A DNA stretch of 64,000 nt from Candidatus Fermentibacteraceae bacterium (GTDB lineage: Bacteria > Fermentibacterota > Fermentibacteria > Fermentibacterales > JCC-6): positions 64,001 through 128,000 of the forward strand of contig JBGSZS010000011.1 of NCBI GenBank assembly GCA_041750285.1, given 5' to 3'. The notes under the pieces are model-generated. The model saw nothing but the letters and a program-made list of their open reading frames with translations, was not told where the DNA came from and did not search any database. This document shows positions 18,882 through 28,300 of the stretch, in pieces; position 1 is the stretch's first letter; the number at the start of each line of letters is the position of its first letter. A program made the translations under genes and the position numbers.

Positions 18882-20043
18882 CGAAATCATCCTCAAACTC
18901 CTGGTCGTCGACGACGAGGCGGGAATGCGCATGGGCGTCCGCCGGGCGCTGAGGGGATTCCAGACCGAGACCGACGACACGGGCACGACGGTGAAACTCA
19001 CGGTTGACGAGGCTGAAAGCGGTGAGCAGGCAATAGAGCTCATTCAGTCCGCCCCGCCGGACATAGTGCTTCTGGACCACAGGATGGGCGGAATCACAGG
19101 CATCGATGTGCTGAACTGGATGGAACAGAACAGCCCCGATGTCATCGCCATAATGATCACCGCCTACGCCTCGCTTGAGAATGCCATCAGCGCGACGAAA
19201 AAGGGTGCCTTCGACTTCCTTCCCAAACCATTCACCCCCGCCGAGTTGAAGGTAGCGGTCAGGCAGGCCGTCAAACACGTGCTTGCCCTGCGGGAGGCCC
19301 GTGAGCTGGCCGAGGAGAAGAAGCGGGTCCGCTTCCAGTTCATCAGCGTGCTGGCCCACGAGCTGAAGGCCCCCCTGGGAGCCATCGAGGGCTACCTGTA
19401 CCTTCTTCAGGACGGCACCGCCCTGAAGAATCCCGAAACCCTTCCCAGGGTCGTTGAAAGAAGTCTCATCCGTCTGCAGGGCATGCGGAAGCTGATCTTC
19501 GACCTTCTCGACCTGACCAGGATAGAGAGCGGAGAGAAGAAGCGGGAGCTTTCGCGAGTGGACCTTGCGGCGATCGCGATGACCAGCCGTGAGACCATGC
19601 TCCCCGACGCCGTGGCAAGGGGGATCACCATAACGCTGGATTCACCCGGGGAGCTCTTCATGAACGGTGACAGGGGCGAGATAGAGATCGTCCTGAACAA
19701 CCTCATCTCGAACGCGGTGAAGTACAACCGGGACAATGGAGCTGTCACTGTGAAGCTCTCCGATTCCGCAGACGAGGTGACCATTTCGGTCTCCGATACC
19801 GGCATTGGAATGACCCCGGAGGAGTGTGAACACCTTTTCGGCGAATTCGTAAGGATAAAGAACGACAAGACCCGGAACATACTTGGCAGCGGCCTCGGCT
19901 TGAACATCGTGAAGAGGATAGCCTCGCTGTACGATGGAAGAGTCTCTGTCGAAAGCACTCCCGACGTGGGAAGCACCTTCTCGGTGGTGCTTGGAAAAGG
20001 GAACGAAAAGGATCGGGTTGCTGCAGACGAGTTGACCGGATAA
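18874..20043 (+). CDS. Hybrid receiver-histidine kinase
   Basis: N-terminal REC (LVVDDE, LLDHRM, PKPF), then HELKAPL, NLISNAVKY, DTGIG, GSGLGL. Confidence 0.92.
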   Translation: MADEIILKLLVVDDEAGMRMGVRRALRGFQTETDDTGTTVKLTVDEAESGEQAIELIQSAPPDIVLLDHRMGGITGIDVLNWMEQNSPDVIAIMITAYASLENAISATKKGAFDFLPKPFTPAELKVAVRQAVKHVLALREARELAEEKKRVRFQFISVLAHELKAPLGAIEGYLYLLQDGTALKNPETLPRVVERSLIRLQGMRKLIFDLLDLTRIESGEKKRELSRVDLAAIAMTSRETMLPDAVARGITITLDSPGELFMNGDRGEIEIVLNNLISNAVKYNRDNGAVTVKLSDSADEVTISVSDTGIGMTPEECEHLFGEFVRIKNDKTRNILGSGLGLNIVKRIASLYDGRVSVESTPDVGSTFSVVLGKGNEKDRVAADELTG

Positions 20044-20088
20044 GTCGACTCACACTATATCATCTCCGTCATGAAAAGGAGATGACAT

Positions 20089-22173
20089 ATGTTCTGTGCG
20101 TTTCTGCTCTGGGTTTCCGTTTCCGGCTCGTCACTCACCCGCGCCGCCGGTTCGCTCGACAACCTGATCTACATCTGCCCTACCGCCGGTTCGGATTGGC
20201 AAAGTACTGAAACCCCTCTGATCATGGGTTTTGATGACCAGGTGCGGAGTGATCTTTCCATCACCGTGAACGGATCCGTTTCGGGAGCCGTGCCTTTTTC
20301 CGAATACGTCTCCGGGGATGGCAGAAGGCTGGTGCTCACTCCTTTGCATCCCTTCAGCCATGGCGAGGAGGTTCGTGTCCGGGTCGAGTCCCCGTGTTCA
20401 GGCCGTGTGGAGTGGCAGTTCATGGTAAGGCCTGTCGATCCCGTGCGGCCGGCGCCTGTGGAGACGGAGCCCCCGGGGCAGCCCTTCACGCCTGATCCTT
20501 ATCCTCTCAGTCCCGCCGGCAACTCTCCCAACGCCGTAGCACTGCCATCCGATTTCCCGCTTTTCACCTTCAACACGTACGGAACAACGGCCCCAGGCAA
20601 CCTCTTCTTCAGCCCCATGAACCCGATGGGGGGGAACACGAGCACCTACCTGATAATCGCCGGTCCCGGGGGTGACGTTCTGTTCTACAACAACGGTGTC
20701 TCAGGGTATTTCGGCCCCGAGGTCCAGTCCGACGGATGCCTCTACTATGCCTACGGCGGCATCATGACGGACGAAACGTTCTTCACCATGCTCGACATGA
20801 ACTATGTCCCGGTCGATTCATTCATGGTCGTCGGCTACACAACGGACTGCCACGGTATGACAGTTGCCCAGAACGACAATGTCATACTTCTGGGAATGGA
20901 CGAGCGCTACATCGACATGTCGCTGATCGTCCCCGGAGGCAACCCGAACGCCCTGGTCCAGGGGCTGCTCATCCAGGAGCAGGACAGGAACCACATGCCG
21001 GTATTCCAATGGAGCAGCTTCGACCATTTCGAGATCACCGACGCATGTTCCTACGTGAACCTCACCGGCCCGGTGGTGGACTATGTGCACTGCAACTCCG
21101 TCGACGAGGACCAGGACGGAGGGATCCTCGTCTCATGCCTCGCCATGACGGAATGCACCAAGATAGACAGGTCCACCGGCGAACTGGTCTGGCGTTTCGG
21201 AGGGTACCTCTCGGAAAACCCCAGCTTCACGATCCTCAACGACCCCCTGGGCGGATTCAGCTCCCAGCATGATTTCCGCCATGTGGAAGGCAGCCTCTAC
21301 TCGGTGTTCGACAACGGAACCCACCACAGCCCTCAGATATCCAGGGGCAGCATCTACGAGATCGACACCCAGAACCTCACTGCCGACCTCGTATTCAACT
21401 TTCAGGTTACAGGGCTCTACGGTTCCCACATGGGATCGACCCAGGTGCTGCCGAACGGCAACGTACTGGTGGGCTGGGGTGATGTGACGGGCTACCAGGT
21501 CAGGCCCGACATGACCGAGGTCTCGCCTGCGGGAACACAGGTCTTTCGCGGCCGCATGAACCAGCTGGTCCTTGAGAGCTACCGCGCCTACCGGTTCGAC
21601 TGGGAGGGCCAGGCACTGGTGCCGTACCTGGTCGCCCTGGTCCTTCCCGCACAGAACTGCGTTCAGCTGACCTTCAACGTATTCGGCGACGACGAATACT
21701 CATCCTACGACATCTACCAGGGAATCACCCCGGGAAACCTCTCGTTCCTGCTTAACACACAGAACAGACAGATCAACGTATGGGAGCTGCCGGTCGGAAT
21801 GAACTACTTCGCCGTTAAGGCAAGGGACATGCAGGGAGTTCCGACCGGGTTCTCGAACATCGATTCCGCCATGGTTACCTGGACGGGTCTTGAAGGCCGC
21901 TTCGCGGCTGAAGTGCAGCAGTCCCTCAGTGTCTCTGCCTATCCCAATCCCGCCTCTTCCAGCGTGACGGTGGTCTGGCCCGGGATCTCCGCGGGATCGG
22001 TGATCGAGATCTTCGACACAAGCGGACGGGTTGTCGCGAGAAGCAGCCATGATGAGGCATCGGGAGCCTGTTCCGGCGTCATGTCCGTCGAGGACCTTCC
22101 CAACGGGCTCTATACGATACGGGTAAGGACGGCGGAGCTTGCGGGATCGACCCGGGTGACGGTGATCCGCTAG
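20089..22173 (+). CDS. Aryl-sulfate sulfotransferase-like protein with Ig-like N-terminus and T9SS-type C-terminal domain
   Basis: DYVHCNS, QHD, FDNG, GSTQVLPNGN, SYRAYR motifs; tail YPNP...IFDTSGR...GLYTIRV...RVTVIR. Confidence 0.82.
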   Translation: MFCAFLLWVSVSGSSLTRAAGSLDNLIYICPTAGSDWQSTETPLIMGFDDQVRSDLSITVNGSVSGAVPFSEYVSGDGRRLVLTPLHPFSHGEEVRVRVESPCSGRVEWQFMVRPVDPVRPAPVETEPPGQPFTPDPYPLSPAGNSPNAVALPSDFPLFTFNTYGTTAPGNLFFSPMNPMGGNTSTYLIIAGPGGDVLFYNNGVSGYFGPEVQSDGCLYYAYGGIMTDETFFTMLDMNYVPVDSFMVVGYTTDCHGMTVAQNDNVILLGMDERYIDMSLIVPGGNPNALVQGLLIQEQDRNHMPVFQWSSFDHFEITDACSYVNLTGPVVDYVHCNSVDEDQDGGILVSCLAMTECTKIDRSTGELVWRFGGYLSENPSFTILNDPLGGFSSQHDFRHVEGSLYSVFDNGTHHSPQISRGSIYEIDTQNLTADLVFNFQVTGLYGSHMGSTQVLPNGNVLVGWGDVTGYQVRPDMTEVSPAGTQVFRGRMNQLVLESYRAYRFDWEGQALVPYLVALVLPAQNCVQLTFNVFGDDEYSSYDIYQGITPGNLSFLLNTQNRQINVWELPVGMNYFAVKARDMQGVPTGFSNIDSAMVTWTGLEGRFAAEVQQSLSVSAYPNPASSSVTVVWPGISAGSVIEIFDTSGRVVARSSHDEASGACSGVMSVEDLPNGLYTIRVRTAELAGSTRVTVIR

Positions 22174-22631
22174 ATACCCAGCCCGACCCCGAGCGAGACC
22201 ACCCAGTCATGGTCTTCGTCGGAACCGCTGACATGTCTGTAGACACCGGCTGTACCCATGAGAAGGTTTGCGCCGAACCTGGCCTCTCCACCGATATAGG
22301 TCTGATCCCTGGGAAGGCTTCCCCAGGTATCGCCCCATGTGTGCATAACCGCAGCCGTCAGGTCGGTGTAGAAGATGTCGATGAATGCCATTGCAAATGC
22401 GAACCGGGCACCAAGATGGGCCTTGCCCGCGCCAAGACCGGGTTCGAGCCTGGCAAGGATGCCCGCCTTCGGTCCCCACAGTGAACCCATCTCGATGGAG
22501 GCCAGACCGATCGAAGCGTTGAAACGTTGTGGTGACGTGACCTGAAGGCTTACGGTGGGTGTGAAGGGCAGACCGGTACGGGCTGAGGCGGCAGAGACCA
22601 GAACCAGCAGCAGAAGCGGGGCAGACCTCAT
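22170..22631 (-). CDS. Hypothetical exported protein, possible small outer-membrane beta-barrel
   Basis: Signal peptide and amphipathic strands ending VVSLGVGLGI. Confidence 0.7.
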   Translation of the reverse strand: MRSAPLLLLVLVSAASARTGLPFTPTVSLQVTSPQRFNASIGLASIEMGSLWGPKAGILARLEPGLGAGKAHLGARFAFAMAFIDIFYTDLTAAVMHTWGDTWGSLPRDQTYIGGEARFGANLLMGTAGVYRHVSGSDEDHDWVVSLGVGLGI

Positions 22632-22645
22632 TCCGAAGCTCCTAT

Positions 22646-23479
22646 TCAGGTGAGGGCTTTAATGCAGCCTATGTTCCTGGCCTGAAGCTTGCCGGGCTCG
22701 GTGCCCTCGCTGATCTGGAACTCGAAGACCAGGTTTCTGTCGGGCAGCCTGAAGTAGTCAACGTTGTCAGGCAGGTTCGAATCGTGAAAGAATATGTTGG
22801 CATACGGTGAGAGGGGATCGCGGTTGTCGATGCGCCACAGCTCGTCGTTGCTCTTAACCATGTACCTGAAGAACCCGAAGCCCTTGTCGTGACTGACGCA
22901 CATTCCCCTCACCCACGAGTTTATCTCCCCCCAGACACCCGGGGTCTCCAGGGCCTTGAAGGGGAGAAGATTGGGTATGAGGTAGCCCGATACGAACATG
23001 TCTGCTTCGCGGCGCAGCTCCAGGGCTATGTTGTCGAACGCCATCACCTCGACCCGGCAGCCCCTGCCCTGCAGGGCGTGAACCACCCTTACGAAGTCGC
23101 CGTCTCCGCTTGCAAGAAGGACCCTGTCAAGGCGTTCGGACTGCAGCAGGGCATCAACGCCCATCTCGAGGTCAACGTTGGACTTGGCGTACCTGCTGCC
23201 CGAATCGTCGCTGTACCACTTGACCGTTTTCAGTATCACCTTGTAGCCGATGTCGCGAAGCGCGGTATGAAAGCGGTTCTGCCCTTCCTTGTATTCCCTG
23301 TCCGTTCGTGCCCTTGCGTCGTCAAAACTAACATAGGCGTTGAGCCTCACCGGGTAGCCGCCACCCCTGCAGGCGAACTGGCGCAGGACCTCGTAGCGCA
23401 TCCCGAAACCGCCGTTCATGGTGAGATTGCTCACGTCGACATAAACACCAACCTTGTTTCCGTGACCCTGCGAAGACAT
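22646..23479 (-). CDS. NYN (LabA/DUF88) PIN-like nuclease domain plus C-terminal cold-shock/OB-like domain
   Basis: YVDVSN, NVDLEMGVD, SGDGDF, GCRVEV; tail KGFGF...IFFHDS; GGAGGA RBS before ATG 23479. Confidence 0.88.
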   Translation of the reverse strand: MSSQGHGNKVGVYVDVSNLTMNGGFGMRYEVLRQFACRGGGYPVRLNAYVSFDDARARTDREYKEGQNRFHTALRDIGYKVILKTVKWYSDDSGSRYAKSNVDLEMGVDALLQSERLDRVLLASGDGDFVRVVHALQGRGCRVEVMAFDNIALELRREADMFVSGYLIPNLLPFKALETPGVWGEINSWVRGMCVSHDKGFGFFRYMVKSNDELWRIDNRDPLSPYANIFFHDSNLPDNVDYFRLPDRNLVFEFQISEGTEPGKLQARNIGCIKALT

Positions 23480-23516
23480 TATTTCCTCCATGAGAGAACG
23501 CTGGAAAGGGTAATCA

Positions 23517-24107
23517 ATGAATACGATTATACCTTCGGAAGCTTTTACCGACCAACCCGTTCCCCTGATCCCGTGGCTCAGGGGTCTGGGGGTGTCCACG
23601 AAGAACATCACGGAGGATGACTGCCGGAAGGCAGCCCTGCCCCCTGATCCCGCCGGATGTGAAAGGCTTCTCAAGGTCTCGGCCCTTGTGGTGCATCATT
23701 CCGCCACAGAAAGCGGGGGAGCGGCAGCCTTTCGCGTTCTCCACCGCCTGGTGAAGGGTTGGAGGGATGTTGGCTACCACTTCGTCATAGGCAACGGCAC
23801 ACACTCGCCCGACGGATGTCTGGAGAGGGGAAGACCCGAGTACTGCAGGGGAGCCCACGCAAAGGGGGCAAACGAATTCTCACTGGGTATCTGCCTTGTT
23901 GGCGACTTCATGACGGGCAGGCCAACCCCTGCGCAGATGGGCACACTTGGAACCGTGCTTCGTGAACTAATGGCCTCGCAAGGCCTGGAGAAGGGTTCCG
24001 TGCTGCTCCACAGACAGGTCAGGGGCAGCTCCACCGAATGCCCGGGCAAGAACCTCACCCTCGCCATGGTGCATGAAGCAATTGACGGACAGAAAGATAG
24101 CACGTAA
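23517..24107 (+). CDS. N-acetylmuramoyl-L-alanine amidase (Amidase_2 / PGRP-like)
   Basis: VVHHSA, GWRDVGYHFVI, GAHAKGAN, SLGICLVG, HRQV...TECPG. Confidence 0.9.
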   Translation: MNTIIPSEAFTDQPVPLIPWLRGLGVSTKNITEDDCRKAALPPDPAGCERLLKVSALVVHHSATESGGAAAFRVLHRLVKGWRDVGYHFVIGNGTHSPDGCLERGRPEYCRGAHAKGANEFSLGICLVGDFMTGRPTPAQMGTLGTVLRELMASQGLEKGSVLLHRQVRGSSTECPGKNLTLAMVHEAIDGQKDST

Positions 24108-24174
24108 CCTGCCCGGGTGTTGCACAAAATCCCCGTCTTTGCTATATACCCGCGTCACCGGAAGGAACGAAAGA

Positions 24175-24399
24175 ATGACTTTTGTACTCACCATACTTCA
24201 TGTTGTCGTGAGCATCCTGCTTGTCGGGGTGGTTCTGCTTCAGAAATCCAAGGGCGACGGCCTCTCCGGCGCGTTCGGGGGTGGCGGCGCACTCACGGCC
24301 AGCTTCGGAAACACCGGAGCCGTGAGTTTCCTCAGCAGGGCAACCACTGTGCTTGCGGTGCTTTTCATGATCTTTTCATTTCTGCTGGCCATCGTCTGA
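24175..24399 (+). CDS. secG: Preprotein translocase subunit SecG
   Basis: VLLQKSKGDGLSGAFGGG, FG, FLSRATTVLA; two TM helices; followed by tRNA-Leu. Confidence 0.95.
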   Translation: MTFVLTILHVVVSILLVGVVLLQKSKGDGLSGAFGGGGALTASFGNTGAVSFLSRATTVLAVLFMIFSFLLAIV

Positions 24400-24406
24400 T
24401 GAGTGT

Positions 24407-24494
24407 GCCGGGGTGGTGGAATTGGCAGACACGCTAGGCTAAGGACCTAGTGGGCGAATAGCCTGTGCGGGTTCAAGTCCCGCCCCCGGTACCA
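24407..24494 (+). tRNA. tRNA-Leu with anticodon AAG
   Basis: Acceptor stem GCCGGGG/CCCCGGT, discriminator A plus CCA, D loop GGAATTGGCAGAC, long variable arm, T loop TTCAAGT. Anticodon stem CTAGG/CCTAG encloses CT-AAG-GA, with AAG at 24441-24443. Confidence 0.95.
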
Positions 24495-24496
24495 GA

Positions 24497-24530
24497 CAAG
24501 GAAAACCCCGCTCCGGCGGGGTTTTCCTTG
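24497..24530 (+). terminator. Terminator hairpin after tRNA-Leu
   Basis: CAAGGAAAACCCCGC-TCCG-GCGGGGTTTTCCTTG perfect inverted repeat. Confidence 0.8.
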
Positions 24531-24534
24531 TGGC

Positions 24535-24571
24535 AAAAAAGGAGAGCCGGCTTTTTGGGCCGGCTCTCTCC
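24535..24571 (-). terminator. Intrinsic terminator of the 24587 gene
   Basis: GAGAGCCGGC...GCCGGCTCTC preceded by AAAAAA, a U tract on the minus strand. Confidence 0.8.
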
Positions 24572-24586
24572 ATGGGTCTTACAAGG

Positions 24587-25252
24587 TTACCAGGAGGCCT
24601 TGATCTGGCCCCAGGTTGTCTCGGTGAGGGAGAAGGAGGGCTGGAGAACGATGTCGTCCCAGAAGATGGGGGTGCCGTTGTTACCGAAGATGTCGAGTGC
24701 GCCGAGGGTGAGGGTGGCGGACTCGCTCCAGAAGAACGTGTCGAACATGACATCGTTGTAGTAAACCCACTGGTTGTTGGCGTCGAGGTCGAAAACGACT
24801 TCCACGGGAACCCACTGGTCGTAGATGATGGTGGCGGTGCCCGTGCCCTCTTCAGTGGCTACCTGACCGGTGCTGTTGTTGAACTTGATGTCGGTGCACC
24901 ATTCATTTGTTCCGCTGGGGATGTAGATGCTGAGAAGGATGAAGTACTGGGTGCCGGTGGAACCCGACGGAATGTAGCAGCTCGCGGACATGGACCAGAC
25001 GCCGGCATTTACGCCGGTGAACTGCTGAACGATGTCGGTGGTCTGGATGGCGGAAAAGGAGTTGGGCGCGCTCTGGGCCTGGGCGGTGCTTACGAGGCCG
25101 TCGGCACCGGGGTTGCCGTCCCAGCCTTCCCATCCGCCCTGACCGATTATTCCGCCGCCGGCTGCATAGGAATCGAAGTTGTCGGACCAGTCAGCGAAGG
25201 CGGCGCCTGTCGCAAGAAGCATGCAGATCGATAACGTGTGGATGAGTTTCAT
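24587..25252 (-). CDS. Secreted jelly-roll-like protein with C-terminal TWGQIKASW motif
   Basis: Signal peptide ending AAFA; WSDNFDSY start and FWDDI end typical of beta-sandwich modules; ends SLTETTWGQIKASW. Confidence 0.85.
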   Translation of the reverse strand: MKLIHTLSICMLLATGAAFADWSDNFDSYAAGGGIIGQGGWEGWDGNPGADGLVSTAQAQSAPNSFSAIQTTDIVQQFTGVNAGVWSMSASCYIPSGSTGTQYFILLSIYIPSGTNEWCTDIKFNNSTGQVATEEGTGTATIIYDQWVPVEVVFDLDANNQWVYYNDVMFDTFFWSESATLTLGALDIFGNNGTPIFWDDIVLQPSFSLTETTWGQIKASW

Positions 25253-25348
25253 TCTTTCCCCTCCATTTCGGACAAAAACGGGGCATGATGACAAGCATTT
25301 TTCCCAAGCCCCCAACTGTTTGCTTTATTGCATAAAAGAACTGCGCTG

Positions 25349-28300
25349 TCAAGGAACCGTGCCGGCCCAGGATTCGGGGCGTGGAACGTCGAAACCGAGC
25401 CTTTCCAGCTCATCGAGCAATCTGCAGTAATCCTCGAGCATCTCCTTCCTTATGGAATGCTCATCCACATGGCGTCTGAGCTCTTCGCACACGAGCAGGG
25501 CCTCATCGGTGGCCCCGCTGTCCAGCAATACGAGACCAAGAACTCCATTGGCATAGGCCGTGTTCAGGACATCACCTGCAAGCTCGTTCACCTTCAGCGA
25601 TTCCCTGGCGCTAGCGCAGGCGCCTTCGCGGTCGCCCGAAAGCCATTGGATCCTTGCCCTGTTGACCAGTGAAGTGGCAGTGGTGCGGTAATTCCTTGAG
25701 CTCCTGGCCAGCTCGAGCGAGTCGTTTGTGTACTCCATGGCGCCGCCGATGTCGCCGAGTTTGGTGGCCAGAAGTCCCAGATTTCCGAGAACGGTGCACT
25801 CGTGCACCCTGTCGCCCGTCTTTCTTGCTGCGTCTAGCGCTTCGAGGAAAAGCTCACCCGCCCGGTCGAACTTCCCCTTCCTGGCGCATGCGATGGCAAG
25901 GCTGTTAAGGGAGTAGCCCAGTCCCTGAAGGTTGCCGTGCCTTGCGTGTGTCTGAACAGCCAGCTCTGCGTAGCTCTCCGACAGCCGGTCATCTCCCTGC
26001 CTGAAGGCGTGGACCGCCATGTTGGAAAGCAGCGAGGCGGCTTCGGAGCCCAGACCATGTTTTTCAAGCGTTTCCGCAGCCTCGCGGTACAGGGCCATGG
26101 CGCTGTCTGAAAGACCAACGCTGCTGCGGTGGTTTGCGAGGGTCATCTTTGTCTTCGCGGCGATGATCTCATCCCCCGAATCAACCGCCGCATTCAGCGC
26201 ATCCTGGATGGTCCGCTCGAACTCGGCGTTCCTGCCGAGTTCCTGCAGGACCTTCGCTTTTGCGCGAAGAGAAGTCGCAAGCCAGAGGGGGCTCTTTCTG
26301 AGCCCTGCTTCAGCCAGCATCCTGTCCACTATCCCCAGTGCCTCTTCGTGGGCACCCCTCCGTTCAACCATCTCCTGGCGCACGAGAAGTGCCTGCATCG
26401 AAGCCTGCCACATCCCGTCGTCAATTGCGTCTCCCGTAAGCTCCAGTATCCTCTCCGAAAGACCGTTCGCCTCTTCGGGCCTGCCACCGTCCCTGGCGAT
26501 CCTCATTGCCCTCAGGGCCCACTTCAGTGCGTTTTCGGTATCACATGCAGAGTCCCAGTGCGAAAAGATGACAGGGGAAAGGGCATCGGTCTCGGTTGGG
26601 TAAATCCTCTCCAAAGCCAGGGCCGCTGTCCGGTGGAGAACCCTGGCGTTCTGCTTGAGAAGGGTTTCGTACGCTGCCATTCCAACAAGGGCATGACGGA
26701 ATCCAAGCTCCATGGGACCCAGTTCGGAAAGGAAACCCTTTTCGACAAGCCCGGCCATGGTTTGTCCGAGACGTTCCGCATTCAGGGACAGATCCTTGAG
26801 AACGGTCTCGAGAAGCTCGCGGGAGAACCTCTCACCCAGGACCGAGGCATACTGAAGAATCCTGCGCTCCTCTCCCGGCAAACGGTCCATCCTTGCCTGG
26901 GTGAGGACGCTGATGGAGGAGGGGATCCGAACCCTGTCACAGGGAACGGTCTGTTCCCATGTTCCGGGCTCGACCTCCCTCAGCCCTCCGGATTCTATGA
27001 GGCTCAGAACGAGCTCTTCCACGACGAACGGGTTTCCCCGTGCCACCCTGCGGATCAGCTCAGCGAGTTCGGGCTGCAACTGCTTCCAGGGTGGAAGCGA
27101 GAGGATGTGGGACGCGATCCCGATCGTGTCATCGTCGGACAGGGGCGCGAGTTCGATCCTCTCCGGAGCGAAGAGCGGGAAACCGAGGTCGGGGACCGGC
27201 GGCCGGGAAGTCATGATGATCCCGGAGGGCAGAACCATCATTCCCTGGGACAGTACTCCCCTGAGAACGGAAAGGGAGACCTCGTCCGCCCAATGAAGGT
27301 CCTCCAGGAGAAGAAGGGTGTCACCCATCGAGAAAACGGCCTCGAGAGCTGGTCTGATTGCGTTCATGACGGACTGGGAATTCGCCGCCGCACCACCCTT
27401 CAGCCCCACGGCGTCAAGGCTCAGTATCTCTGCGATGCTTTCCGCAAGGTTGTCAAGCGCCGCTCTGGTTCGTGCCACCGGACACTTTGCGGAAAGGGTC
27501 CTGATCGCCGATGCATACCATTCCCTCGAACCGCCGCTGTTCTCGTCGGCATCGAAAAAATCCCTGAGAAGGCTTATCCAGAGCCAGCACGAAGGCTGGG
27601 CATGGGAAAGCGCCTTGCCGTGAAGCACACGGAATCCGGTACGATCACTCACGCAGTGGTGAGCCAGCCGGGACTTCCCGATCCCGGCATCGGCGCAGAT
27701 CAAAAAGACCGCTGGTTCAGAGCCCTCCTGCGAGGATTCATGAATGGCGTTCACTATCCGGTCCGTGATCTCCCTTCGGCCAACGAAAGGTGAACCGGTG
27801 AGCCTGGCGGCCCTCTGCCACCTCTCCATCCTGAGCCTGCCCGGCCCCAGCGGCCTGAAGGAGTCTATCTCGGAACCGGTACCCCGGACCGTCATTGAAC
27901 CGAGATCCCGCCAGGAGTAAAGGTCGCCACACTCTCTCCGCACTGCTCCGCTGACGAGCGTTGAGCCTGTCATGGCGGCTTCCTCGAGCCTCGAGGCTAT
28001 GTTCACCGTAAGGCCCGTCGCGGTGATGTGGCCCGAAGGGTCGGGAGCCACGGTCAAGGGTCCGAAGTCGATCCCCACCCTTGCCGAGACGGCTGCGGCA
28101 CCGCCCAGGGCCCCGCGTATGTCCTCGAGCAGCTCAAGCATTCGCAGAGCACAGCCGACAGCCCTTACGCTGTCGTTCTCGGTGGCGGCCACCGCGCCGA
28201 AGAGGGCCATCAGCCTGTCACCCTCGAACTTGTCAACATAGCCTCCGTACAGGGTGACCACCGTGGAGAGCAGGCCCATGATCCTGCCAAGAAGCAGGTG

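Noticed and set aside
24439..24445. Reading the tRNA-Leu anticodon as TAA
   Set aside because: The 5-bp stem fixes the 7-nt loop as CT-AAG-GA; TAA would be off by one position.
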